Shown in pieces: positions 11,971 to 23,594 of a DNA stretch of 64,000 nucleotides; positions within the stretch are counted from its first letter, which is position 1, and each line of letters begins with the position of its first letter. The translations under genes were made by a program, and so were the position numbers. Source of the DNA: Macrostomum lignano. Its lineage: Eukaryota. The stretch is taken from the NCBI GenBank assembly GCA_002269645.1, contig NIVC01002821.1:1-64000 (forward strand), written 5' to 3'. The notes beneath the pieces are model-generated. The model did no database searches, was not told the origin of the DNA, and was given only the letters and a program-made list of their open reading frames with translations.

Positions 11971-13578
11971 TCAAAGGCGCGCGGGCCGGCCCGGACTGCA
12001 GGGCACGGGCAGCAGGCTCGGCTCCGGCATGCCCGGCCGCATCACGCTGATCTGGAAGCTGTCGAAGCCGATGCAGGCGCCGCCGACATTGCCATCGGCG
12101 TCCACCGCGGCCAGAGCTCCGTGGAAGCCGCTGGGCGGCGGCCGCACCGAGGCCAGTGCCGCTCTGCAGGCAGCCTCGGGCGACGCTCCGAGTGACATTT
12201 CGCTGACTGCGGCGAAGGCCAGCAGGTAGCGCATGAGGATGTCGCCGTCCCCCGTGCCGACTGCCGCGCCGACTCCCGCCTTTGCGTAGCCGCCGGCGCC
12301 GACCACCGCAGTGTCGCCGACGCGCCCCGGCACCCGGTGGGCCGCGCCGTTGGTGGTGGTGCCGACCGCCAGCCCGCCGCCAGCGTCCATAGCAACCATG
12401 CCAATGGTGTCGTGGCCGAGGCGCCGGTTGCCCGGGTTCGAATCGCGGCTGCTAGCTGGCCGGTAGGGGCCGCAGCTGTGGTCGGCCGGCGGCTGCACGT
12501 TGCGGCGGAAGTTTGGCTGGCAGTTGCCTGACCGCCACTGCCGCCAGTCCGCTGCGGACCTGTGGGAACGCCGACAGTCTTGCCGCTGCTAACACCATGC
12601 AGACTGCCAGTCACCTGCCACCAACACCATGCAGACTGCCAGTCCCCTGCCATTAACACTGATGCAGACTGCCAGTCCTCTGCCACCAACACCATGCAGA
12701 CTGCCAGTTCCCTGCCATTAACACTGATTCAGACTGCCAGTTCCCTGCCACCAACACCATGCAGACTGTCATTCTTCTGCCACTCACACTGATGCAGACT
12801 GCCAGTCCCCTGCCACCAACACCATGCAGACTGCCAGTCCTCTGCCATTAACACTGATGCAGACTGCCAGTCCCCTGCCATTAACACTGATGCAGACTGC
12901 CATTCCCCTGCCACTCACACTGATGCAGACTGCCATTCTCTGCCACTAACACTGATGCAGACTGCCGCCACTCGCACAGCCACTAATACAGAGTCCATCT
13001 AGAGATCAGGCTCCCAGCTATTTGACACCAGCGCTTGAAGTCACAGTATCCTGAGCTGCTCAATATTGAGGCAGATATAGAGTCAATACAGTCACCCAGC
13101 CGCACCTGTCAGTATTAAGCGAGCGCCGCTTGAAGCCCATCTCAACAGCGAAGTCGGCGGCCCGATCGCCTACCAACATGGTGTGGCCGGTCCGCTCCAT
13201 CACAGCTCTGGCCACGCTCACAGCCTCCAGAATGTCCGGCATGGCGGCCACAGCGCCGACTTCCATGGTGACGCCGTTCATCAGCATGGCGTCGAAAGTG
13301 ACATTGCCAGCCTCATCCGGGTGGTGGCCATAGGACACAGACTCCAAGCTTTGGTCCGCTTCGGCCTGCAAGCAGCCGGCCTCAACAGCATCCAGGGCGC
13401 TGCCTGTGCGGCTGAGGGCAGCGAAGGCTGCCCTGGTGGCGTTGACAAACGGCCAGGTGTTGATCACCAGCACAGGTTGAGATGCTGGCTGCTGATGCAT
13501 TTGAAACACCTGGCAACTGCCGCACAAGACTGCAATGGTCATCAGGTGTGCAAGCAGGCTCATCACACAGCGCACCAT
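11971..13578 (-). CDS. AGA: N4-(beta-N-acetylglucosaminyl)-L-asparaginase (aspartylglucosaminidase)
   Basis: Exons 13578-13106 and 12559-11971 with a phase-2 GT-AG intron. Signal peptide, VINTWPF, HPDEAGNVTFDAMLM, NCQPNFRRNV, autocleavage site HD|TIGMV, GTTTNG, GRVGD, GTGDGDILMR. Confidence 0.93.
12585..12968. repeat. ~31-33-bp minisatellite in the AGA intron
   Basis: aacac(c/tg)atgcagactgccagtcccctgcca units. Confidence 0.9.
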
Positions 13579-14377
13579 TGCCTCCAGCAAGCCAAACAAT
13601 TTCTCACTATTAAGTACTGAATGCAAGAATATCGATAATTTCCTGTCTCTTATGGCTCAGTGATAGAGAACCTTTGCACTGAAGTACATCTATTCGATTT
13701 CGTGTGGCATGCATTTTTATAGAGACTCATGCGATTGAGGCTAAGGTAAGTGTGTATGCTGCTTGTGAAGTTAGATTAGTTTTTTTTCAGTTCTCAGGGT
13801 CAGTAGGATGAGTATGCCATTGTACATGTAATTGTCCCATTACTAGTTTTTTTCAAAAATTAAGACAACAATAGCTGCTTTAGTATCAATATTTAAGCTA
13901 CTATATTAAAGTACAATAAAATTTAATGACATTAAAATGCAATGTAACAATGGCACAAAGATTTAAAGATCTTAGTTATATACCCATTGCCACCTTTTGT
14001 CATTTGTAACTTTTTTAAATTCTTTGTTTATTTTAACAATAGCATAGCCATATAAGTCTCAAACATTCTGGAATGTGGCAAATATTCCAAAATTGTGCAA
14101 TTTCAAGTTTTACATTTACAGCAAATGTGCGAAACTAGGGCAATTAAAGTAGCAAAAAGACACTTAATACAATAGTTGGCCTTTGAACTCTGTATAATGT
14201 TCATTTGTAGAATCTATTGATTAAAATTGGCTCTCTTATTGTCTAGCATTTTATGTAATTTTATAATAACTATTAAATTTAACTTTTTATAATAATATTC
14301 AAGAGACAAAGTGACAGGTGCCAATACGTCTCTAACTCTAACTCTAATATGTGTCTAATTCACAGAGAAGTGAATTC

Positions 14378-15703
14378 TGAGGGTCACTCAGAAAGTCTTT
14401 AGCCTGAGTAGGATCTACGAGATGTACTCGTAGAAGCATGAAATTCGTCTATGGTAAAGACCAACTTTTAAAAGTATAGCAGCAAAATTTTCAAACAGAA
14501 GCAGCCACTTTTGAGTCCACTGCAGTGAGTTAAAGTCAGTTCACACATTGAGTTCTTCAATTCAACAATGAAGCTGGAAATCCGCGATTTCAGAGCAATT
14601 ATATACTTGCACTTCAAGCAAGGCAAGTTGCTGGCGGATTTGTATCAAACTCTACAGAACATTTTCACCCATCCATATCCTTCATACTCAACCATCAAAA
14701 ACTGGTTTGCTGAGTTTTGCCAGGGTCAAGAAAGCCTCGAAGATGAACATCGATCCAGGAGACCCTGTGACATAGTGACTCCAGAAAATATCTGCGCTGT
14801 GTGCAGCATGATTGCTGCTGACCAGCAAGTGACCTACTAGCAGATCTAGCAGGAGATTGGTATTGGATTGGGGAGTGTGCACGCCATTCTGCACGAATAA
14901 ATTGGAATACGGAAGCTGGCTTCCCAGTGAATCCCACATCAGCTGTCGGATGTGCAGATTCAGAAGGACACCAGGGTGGCTTGGTGCCGATTCATGCTGC
15001 AGAAATTCGAATCTGGGACCACCCGGCATATCTGGGACATCCTTACAGGTGATGAGACCTACAGTTATCAATATGACCTGGAAAGCAAGTGCCAGTCAGT
15101 CATGTAGACCTTCGGAGACAAGGACAGCCCTACCAAGTTTCAACGCAGCCGGAGTGTCGGCAAACAGATGGTGGCCTGTTTCTTCATGCGCACTGGGCAT
15201 GTGGCTTCCGTTTTACTGAAAGATCGCCAGACAATCACCACTGACTGGTACACAATGGTTTGCCTGCCAAAGTTTTTTCTGCTGTGAGCCAGAGGTGCTT
15301 AAGGTGTGGAATGCGCGGGAAGCTTCTGCACCATGACAACGCCAGTGACAACATGGCGGCTCAAACTCTCAAGTTTCTGACTGACTGTGGGGTCCAGCTG
15401 ATGACTCATTCTGTGTATAGTCCAAACTTGGCACCATGTGACTTTTTTCTGTTTCCAAAGTGCAAGGAGACTCTGAAGGGCCAGGTCTTTTCTTCACTGG
15501 AAGAAGCTGTGAATGAGTTCAAAAACATCATCGAGGAGCTTCAGGATGAGGATCAGCGGCACTGCTTCGACAGCTGGTTTCACAGGATGCAAGCCTGTAT
15601 CAATGCTGGTGGAGAGTATTTTGAGCACTTGTAGTTCTTTTTTTGGTTTATTTTTTGCTGTTTTCTTGTTCAAGCTAAGAAATTTCTGAGTGACCAATTT
15701 GTA
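14378..15703 (+). mobile_element. Full-length but inactivated mariner (DD34D) transposon
   Basis: Imperfect TIRs ggtcactcagaaagtctttagc (14382-14403) and gctaagaaatttctgagtgacc (15674-15695). Transposase relic 14568-15634 has an HTH region, TGDETY, HHDNA and YSPNLAPCDFFLFP with 34-residue D-D spacing, several in-frame stops and a frameshift near 15270. Confidence 0.9.
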
Positions 15704-16339
15704 TACTTGGTCACTAATTTAAAAATTAATAGCCTTGAAAATCAAAAGATTTTTCTGAGCAAATTAAACAAAATGGCTTACTGGATAAAATGCAGCCTGT
15801 AGATTAAATGACCTAGATGAAAAGTCTAAAGAAAAAATGTCCTATGACTATATATGAATCTTTCAGGTAAGTTTTGGCCACAAAATTTTATATATATATA
15901 TACTTTTTTTCATTTTTTACCCAAGTGATCTGCTATTTTTAAATTTTAACCCCATATTCCCAAGCAAATTTGGCAGTTAAATGTAGATAATGTTTGACAA
16001 TTTGTATCTTTGTAATGTCATATACTTTGGGTATGTCATAAGTAATGTCACTGCATGTCTCTGTCAAAAGTATAAAGGCATATGCACTAGTGGGTAGTGC
16101 AAGTGCAAAGATACTTATTGAAGTAATACCAGTGCATTTGATATGTGATAGGATGTTTATGGCCCAACTTATTGCAAGAACTTGATAAGCAGTTTTTGCA
16201 AGTGCAACATGATGAAAGGTTGTCTATATGGTGAACAAAAACCTCCATGAATCACAAGATGCACATCCAGTTCTACACTTTTGTTTGCTTTTAAGCTAAG
16301 AAAATCTATAGTAGAAGTAGAAGAGGATCTTTAGATCAC

Positions 16340-17130
16340 AATGCCAAACAGCTGCCCAACTTGCTTATTGATGAAACCTGGCTCCACTTGGATGACAAGG
16401 GTAGCAAGGCAGACAATTGCTGCTGGCTAGGAGCTGGGAACACTGAGGCAGCTATGACTAGGAGATCCATCTCAGACAAGAAAACTATGCTACTAGTAGA
16501 CTTCATACCAAACAGATGAGTCTCTATCTGCACAACTCTGTCAAACACCAAGGTCAATGGTCAATATTTTATCAACTTTGTCTAGTATACCCTTGGGAAC
16601 CTCTGGCACTCTCTCTGGTCAAATAATATTCACCTAGATAAGCATACATGCCCAACCTCAAAATTTGCCCAACCCATCCAATGCAACTTAGTTCCTCCTG
16701 ATTGCAACTTAGTTCCTCCTAATTGTGACTTAATTTTCACTTTGTATATGACTTTTCTTGCCTTTTTCTCTTTCTCTTTCCTCTTTTCCTTCTCTCTTTT
16801 CTCCCTCCTTTCTTTGCCTTTTCTCTTTCTCTCCTTTTTTTCTTCCTCAAATTTTTCGTTTTTTGCATTTTTGATTTTGTGACTTATCTTGGCTGGTAGC
16901 CATTTCACCCGTCCAGTTTGGACAGGTTGGATGGATGTTGGGCATGTATGTAGACAAGGTTATGTGGCCAATGGACAATGTATGGCCATATATCTATAAG
17001 GCTATTTCAGATTTTCTAGCTGGGTGGCAAGTGAATCTACTTTGGCAGAGACCATACAGCCTAGACTTCAACTTGTGTGATAGATCTCTATTCAAATGGT
17101 TGAATACTAAAAGGAGCAGTAAGTGGGCGC
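16340..17130 (+). pseudogene. Second, more decayed mariner (DD34D) transposase relic
   Basis: LIDETWLHL at 16370, RRSISDKKTML, VNGQYFINF. After a ~280-bp CT-rich interruption comes DNVWP...RPYSLDFNLCD with 34-residue spacing. Confidence 0.7.
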
Positions 17131-17273
17131 AGGGCCCAAACTGATATATTTATAAAACTAACTTAAAGAGGGGTTGAACCCAAAATAATAAAACGAGGGA
17201 TGAAGTGCGCAACTAAAAAAGAGCTAAGAATGAGGAGCCAATCAGAAGGTAACAAGGAAGAAAGATAAGAAAA

Positions 17274-17964
17274 TAGAGCTGTCAAAATTAGGGATTTTAT
17301 TTGAGACGAGATTTGAGATGAGAAAGGCTTATAAGTCGAGAATTTTGAGACGAGACAAGACAAAGTAAATCTAAAAATATATATTTCAGAATTGCATCTT
17401 GTCTTGCTCTCATCTTGTCTTATCTTGTCTTAAATTTCTTGATAAGATACAATTCTAAAATATATTTTTTAGATTTTCCGGAATACTTTCTTAATTCTAG
17501 TTTTAATTCCTTGCTATTTATTTATAAATATTTATGCTTTAGCATATAGGCCCTTGGCCCTACTATGTCTATTACTAATTCATCAAAAGATCTATGTAGA
17601 TTGTCTTTGAGTCTGCTGTGATACACCTTGTCGCAGAACTGAAATGATAACTAAAAGAGCGCATATGCAATACAAACTCGTATATAATGACATTTGTTAA
17701 ATAACTAAAATAGCTCGACATTGGCTAGATTTTACCATTTGAAAATTGCCCTATCAAGCGTGTTACAACAAACAGTTGTATTTATATGAAGATTTGCTTC
17801 CTTTTTTATATCTTATCACTTAAAAGCTTTTGAAAAAAAGTATTAGAAAAATTCTTGAAATCTCGTCGCAAATTTCTTGACAAAATTCAAAATTTCTCGA
17901 GATGAAAAAAAATGTCAAGATCTTGTCTCGAATCTTGTCTTGTCGAGATCTCGTGATAGCTCTA
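17274..17964. mobile_element. Non-autonomous hAT-like element (691 bp)
   Basis: TIRs tagagctgtca / tgatagctcta; exact 8-bp TSD taagaaaa (17266-17273 and 17965-17972); gagacgaga subterminal motifs. Confidence 0.85.
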
Positions 17965-18913
17965 TAAGAAAAATAACTAGATTGAACTAGATAGAGAAAA
18001 TAGTAAACAAAGACAAGTGAAGGTAGGCCTAAACTAAAGAAATGACTAAAGTTTTGACAATGTAGGATATATATATTATATTATCCTATATATATATCCA
18101 ATATCCTATTTAGAATACAGGACAGTTCGGTAACAGACAATTCGGTAACAGACAGTTCGGTAACAGCAAGGACAGTTCGGTAACATATTCAAGACAGTTC
18201 GGTAACATTTTCCAGGACAGTTCCGTAACGCCAGAAGACGACCATGTATGTACTGCCAAGTTTTTATAATGGGCCTTTTCATATTGCTTGCTCTGGTTCC
18301 AGAACCAGAACCAATTTGTGAAGTATAACTTTTTGTCTCCATAACTACAGGGAGATACGTGCTATAAAGTTTTTATTATTGAATGACAATCGCCAAGAAA
18401 AAAGTGAAAATTGTGCTAAGTTAGGTTGTTAAGGCAGTCAAATATTAACAGAGTTTAATTGTTATACTGCTGTTTTTCTTGGAATTCCGAACCGATTCTG
18501 GTTCTGGAATTTGTAATATGAAAAGGCCCAATGATGCATTTTATTTATTAGTGCATAAATTTTTTACAATAATTATGATAGACGTGTAATATATTTTAAG
18601 AGACATAAACACTGTTATAATTCATGCAACCATAACAATGCGGAGTTAGTTTATTTCGGAAGTTGGTAACTTTTGTTTGGATTTTTGTGATACACGTATA
18701 TAAGATACTGTAGCTACACTAAAATACAAGTATCGCTTGTAAAATATGTATAATAATTGTTTTTTAAGAACTAAGTATTGAAGCAAATACGACTCATACA
18801 TGTACATAAAAGTTACAGCTCGTTCAAATACAAACAATTACACTGTAGCACAATGTAAAAAATGTAAATATTCATGCATTGTTCAGTTACGCAACGCTCA
18901 CGAAAGCAATTGG

Positions 18914-20647
18914 TCACTTGGCGACTACATACTTGGCCACAGCACTTAGCAATTGAGCTGCCGTTTTGGTGCCTGCCTGGTACTCGGACCAATAACGCAT
19001 CAGCTTGGCCTCCTTGGTGCGCTGGGCAAGCCTCTGGTAGCGGCTAAGCTGCTCCTGAGACACCAGCTTAGCGTGAAGAGTGGCTACCCTCGCTTCATCG
19101 TAAAGGAGCGAGGCAAGCTTGTAGAAGCCCAGGTTGCCACTCCGTGCCCTTTGGTTGAGGCGATGATGGTAGCCTTCAGGCCCATTGTTCGTTCTGATGT
19201 TCCTGCGGAAGATGCTGATCTCGTCCAGCTGCCAGACTGTGCTGTTGAGCCATGTGTTAGCAACGTAATCGCACAGCTCTTGCAGCTGTTGGTTCTGGAT
19301 CGTCTGCTGCAGCTCAGTGAATGCAGCATGCATACAATTGCCTGGCAGAAACGGCAGTGCCATCAATTTGTGGCAGAAGGCCCGTACAGTCTCGTCGTTC
19401 GCGTAGGCTGGCTGCAGGCCCATTGACTGGATGTGTCGCCAAATTGCCTGGGAATAGTGAAAACTGCACCCATGCAGTTTCACACCTGCCAGAAAGACAG
19501 ACTTAGCAGCTCTCCACATTCCAGCTTCGTAATCGAGCACGATGCTTGTCAGTCGGCACTCGGGAAGCATATCCTTGAGAGCCCGCAGCGTACGTCGGTA
19601 GTCTCGCTTGCTCTTTCCGGACATCAGAATGTAGACCAGCGGTATCTGTTTGACTGACTCATTCTTGCGCACATTGCCGTGGAAGATGTAGAGCTGTAGA
19701 AAGGGCTCCTTCACGACGAAGAAGGTTCCGTCGCCGAACCACTCCTTGCAACGTCCCAGCAGCTGCAGTTGACGTTGGCTTGCGAAAATGAAGTGGCGCC
19801 TGCCATTCTCTTCGATGTAGACATCTCTTTGAAGGAAGTCATCCGGCAGTGCTTCTTCTTGAACTTGAAATTCCAGATCTCTTGGTTCCTGTGGGCGTTG
19901 TGCTGCTCGTGCTCGATTTGCAGCTTTTGCCAGCTGGTCCACTGTTGGCAACTGAGGCAGACCTCTTAAGCTGCCTTCATTCTGCAGCAGAAGTTGTTCG
20001 GCGATTTCAGCGGCGGGCCTGAAGAGCTCCTGCCGAGCTTGATCGCAGGCTTCCCGAACAATCAGTCGCCGTATCGATGGTTGCCCGACCTGGCGACATG
20101 TGTGCTCGTTCTTGCCGCTGATAAATGCGCCACTTGACTCGATAGCTGAAGCTGTGCATTTGGTGTGTGCGTTTCGGATTGTGCATCTCCAGTACGTTCT
20201 GTCTCCTCGGCTGAATTTTCGACTGTAGCTGAAGCCGTCAGAGCGGATCAAAATGTCCTTCTCCTTCTCAGATGCACGTGGGATTAGGGTAAAGACGATA
20301 GGCTCGACCTGTTGTGGTATGTGCTGTGGTGGAGCATCCTCTTCCATAGAGCTCTCCATCGGCTCGTCTTGGTGCTGGTGGTGGTGCTGTTGATGCTGTT
20401 GCTGCTGCTGGTGCTGTTGATGCTGGTGCTGGTGCTGTTGATGCTGGTGCTGGTGCTGTTGATGCTGATGCTGCTGTTGGCATGCTTCACATGACCAATT
20501 AAAGTCTGTTCCTTGAAACTCTCGGTATTGCTGCAGGGAGATTCCAGTGTTACACAAACGATGCTGCCATCGATTGCAAACGTCACACTGCAGAGCTTGC
20601 TGCCTGGCTCTTACAGCTGACTGACAGCGTATGCAATTATCGTCCAT
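18914..20647 (-). CDS. 577-aa MULE transposase: PHD finger, Q/H tract, FLYWCH-type zinc finger, DDE domain
   Basis: PHD CIRC...CDVC..WQHRLC...WSCEAC; FLYWCH-like GFSYSRK...TYWRC...C...NEHTC; catalytic FGDGTF, VLDYE, CSFH, RTNNGPEGYH. Uninterrupted ORF. Confidence 0.92.
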   Translation of the reverse strand: MDDNCIRCQSAVRARQQALQCDVCNRWQHRLCNTGISLQQYREFQGTDFNWSCEACQQQHQHQQHQHQHQQHQHQHQQHQQQQQHQQHHHQHQDEPMESSMEEDAPPQHIPQQVEPIVFTLIPRASEKEKDILIRSDGFSYSRKFSRGDRTYWRCTIRNAHTKCTASAIESSGAFISGKNEHTCRQVGQPSIRRLIVREACDQARQELFRPAAEIAEQLLLQNEGSLRGLPQLPTVDQLAKAANRARAAQRPQEPRDLEFQVQEEALPDDFLQRDVYIEENGRRHFIFASQRQLQLLGRCKEWFGDGTFFVVKEPFLQLYIFHGNVRKNESVKQIPLVYILMSGKSKRDYRRTLRALKDMLPECRLTSIVLDYEAGMWRAAKSVFLAGVKLHGCSFHYSQAIWRHIQSMGLQPAYANDETVRAFCHKLMALPFLPGNCMHAAFTELQQTIQNQQLQELCDYVANTWLNSTVWQLDEISIFRRNIRTNNGPEGYHHRLNQRARSGNLGFYKLASLLYDEARVATLHAKLVSQEQLSRYQRLAQRTKEAKLMRYWSEYQAGTKTAAQLLSAVAKYVVAK

Positions 20648-21354
20648 AGCAAAATGTTTAAAATAGTTTGAGTTAGTTTTATTTCGAAATTTCTAAAAAA
20701 TGTGGCAGCTATTTACAGCAGTATTTTACGCATTTCAAAATAGTGCCACCGATTTTCATTGGAGGAGCAATCCCGCAAGCCACCGTTTCCATGACATCAC
20801 AGCCACACCCCCATTCTTCTTCAGGGTCGCCTCGTGGTGGAGGAATTCTAGTTGAATAACATACATTTTATACATTTCACACATTAGGCTAGGCAATTGA
20901 CGGTTACTTGCTAATATGAGACTTAGATTCTGGAGTAAAGTTTAACGTGTCATACAAATATAGTGTATTTATTTACATGTAGCTACTACGTGCGCACAGG
21001 ATAAAGCATAGATGTAGATACTCAGTATGGTTTGTATCAACAAAAGACTGCTAAGCTTAGGCTCAGTCTTTGCACAATGTGGTTTAGGTTAGCTTTAGCT
21101 TTGCACAATTCAGCTTTGCAGAGCAAAATTGTAACAATAGAGGCTTAGCAAGTTCGTGTTGGGTATATTATTAAGACAGGGTTTATTTTTGAGGGCGATT
21201 TGGTGAGTTGGCTCACTTGGGAAAGAACTTGCGAAAAATCCACGGGGAGTCAAAAAGCACCTTTAGTATGGCTAGCTACCATGACGCATTCTGTGTATTG
21301 CTTATTCACCATCCTCTATCAGTCCCTCTCCTACTCTGTCTCTGTCTCAGCTTT

Positions 21355-21497
<143 letters not shown>

Positions 21498-22273
21498 ATA
21501 TGCGCAACTTCGCTACTTCCTAGACTAGAGCTACATTGGTCATTCATTAGCCCATTAAATTTTTGCTAATATTTACGTAAGCTACACGCTATACAATGCC
21601 ATAGGTATAGCTAGGCTAGGGCAGGCAGGCTTTTAGTAGCTAAGCTAGAATGAAATTTGAATTATAGTTTACCTAGCATAGCCTAGCATGGGGGCCTATA
21701 CATCTAGACTATTCTCAATTTTTAATTTATTAATAGGCCTGCCAGCAAATTAAGCGTTAACCTAATTGTAGAGATTGCCATCATGCAGAGCCTGCATTGC
21801 CAGCATGCTGTTAGCAGCATTTTGCTGCGTTGTTTTGTGCTTGGAAGTAGCAAAATATTGTGACACGGCTGCCAGCCAGCAGCTGCAGCGTGCGCATGGC
21901 ATTGGTGAGTTCAAAAACTTTGTTAGTTGCATTCAATATAACAAATTTAACCATGCGAATAATACCTGTTAATGTGTAAATCGATAGTATCTAATTGACT
22001 TACTGTAATACAGTATATCTATGCTACTTACTCTCAGTAAGCTTGTTACCGATTTGTCCACAACTTGTTACCGAACTGTTCTTGGTGTTACCGAACTGTC
22101 TGTTACCGAACTGTCTGTTACCGAATTGTCCTGTCCCCCCTATTTATAGGTGCTCTTGGAAAAAGCAATTTTATTATTTAATATATTCTATATAAAGTCT
22201 ATGTTCTATGTTAAGTTATTCTATAACTTATATAGTAGGAACATACTACTTTACATAGAATATAATAAGAAAA

Positions 22274-22390
22274 TTTGGCTATCCTGTAGTTTCGCACGTT
22301 TAATTATTTCCGGAATTATTTCGCCCTCTATTCAAGGGTGGTGGGAGGTGGGGGTTGGAATTAAACGTGCAAAACTATAGGATAGCCAAA
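22274..22390. mobile_element. Small MITE-like inverted repeat
   Basis: tttggctatcctgtagtttcgcacgtttaatt pairs with aattaaacgtgcaaaactataggatagccaaa (2 mismatches in 32 bp). Confidence 0.7.
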
Positions 22391-22692
22391 AATTGCTATT
22401 TTAAAGTGCAATACAATCTATAAATATACAAAATTGATTCATTTTTAGAAAGGTTATTCTGATTTCCTAGTTTTTTATACACTTATAAATTAATCAAAAA
22501 ACTTATTTGAACAAAAAGTAACTGAAAAGTAAGATTTTATGCTAAAATATTATTTAAGAATCCAAAATTCCTAAAATTCCTATTTTGACTGTTTAACAAA
22601 ACTCAACCCAAATTCTCAGTCTAAACCCCAAAGTTTGGTCAAGTAGGCCCCTACTTGATTCAACAAGAGCAAGACCCAGGTTTGTCTGGGTC

Positions 22693-23163
22693 GGTCACTG
22701 GTCAGATTGTCATATTCCATTTCGTCATATTGGATGATGAAGTGACCAAAAGTAGCAAAGTAGCTTGAAAAATAATAAGACGAAGTGACCAAATATTTAT
22801 TAGGGCCTATGTAGTTGTGCTGGATACTTCATCAATCGTCATCAATCTATGTGGGATTCGAGTTTGTGTAAATTTTATTTGTTTAATCACAATAAGCTGC
22901 GGCAAGCAGAACCGATCGATCGATCGACAGGTTTTATCAATTAAGATGACAAAATGACTGGGATCATTAGGATTCCAAGATATGTTTGATTGTTACATTA
23001 ATTCACTTGAAGTTGGAACTAATATGATCGGTGTGGATGACGAAATGACTCTCTTCAGGTAGGCCTAGTGCATGTTAATTAAGATGACGAAGTGACCATA
23101 GTTGAGGTGAGCACCCCAGACACCCAGATGACGAAATGGCAGATGACAAAATGACTAGGAACC
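22693..23163. mobile_element. Non-autonomous Mutator-like MITE (ggttcct... TIR family)
   Basis: Degenerate ~40-bp TIRs with gatgacgaagtgacc subrepeats; flanks tctgggtc / tctgggtt. Confidence 0.65.
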
Positions 23164-23297
23164 TCTGGGTTCCATTGCTAAAATATTATTTGAGAGTCTT
23201 TGAGAATTAGAGAATTGTTTAGGAATTGGTCTACACTAAGCTCTAGGGCTTATTTATATATTCTCATCAATCTCATGTAGTTTTAGTGTCCTAATCA

Positions 23298-23594
23298 CAT
23301 ACATGTGCAACCTCCAAAATTCGGTCAGCCGTGCAACTTAGTTTTAACAAAAAAGCGACGTAGTTTTTGGCCAAAAATGCGACTTACATATAATAAAACC
23401 CGAAAGCAAAATTAACGCAACTTTGGGTAAACGGCAGGAGTAACTATGACTGTTTTATTAAGATAAAATGTCTCGTCAGCTACTTAGTACTACTACTTGG
23501 GGGTTTTTTGGGTGGGCATTTTTGCGACTTCATTGGTTGGCCGCCAAATCGGTCGGCCGGATTGGCCGACTCGGCCGACTGTTGCGCATGTATG
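23298..23594. mobile_element. hAT-type MITE (297 bp)
   Basis: TIRs catacatgtgcaac / gttgcgcatgtatg; exact 8-bp TSD cctaatca (23290-23297 and 23595-23602). Confidence 0.88.
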
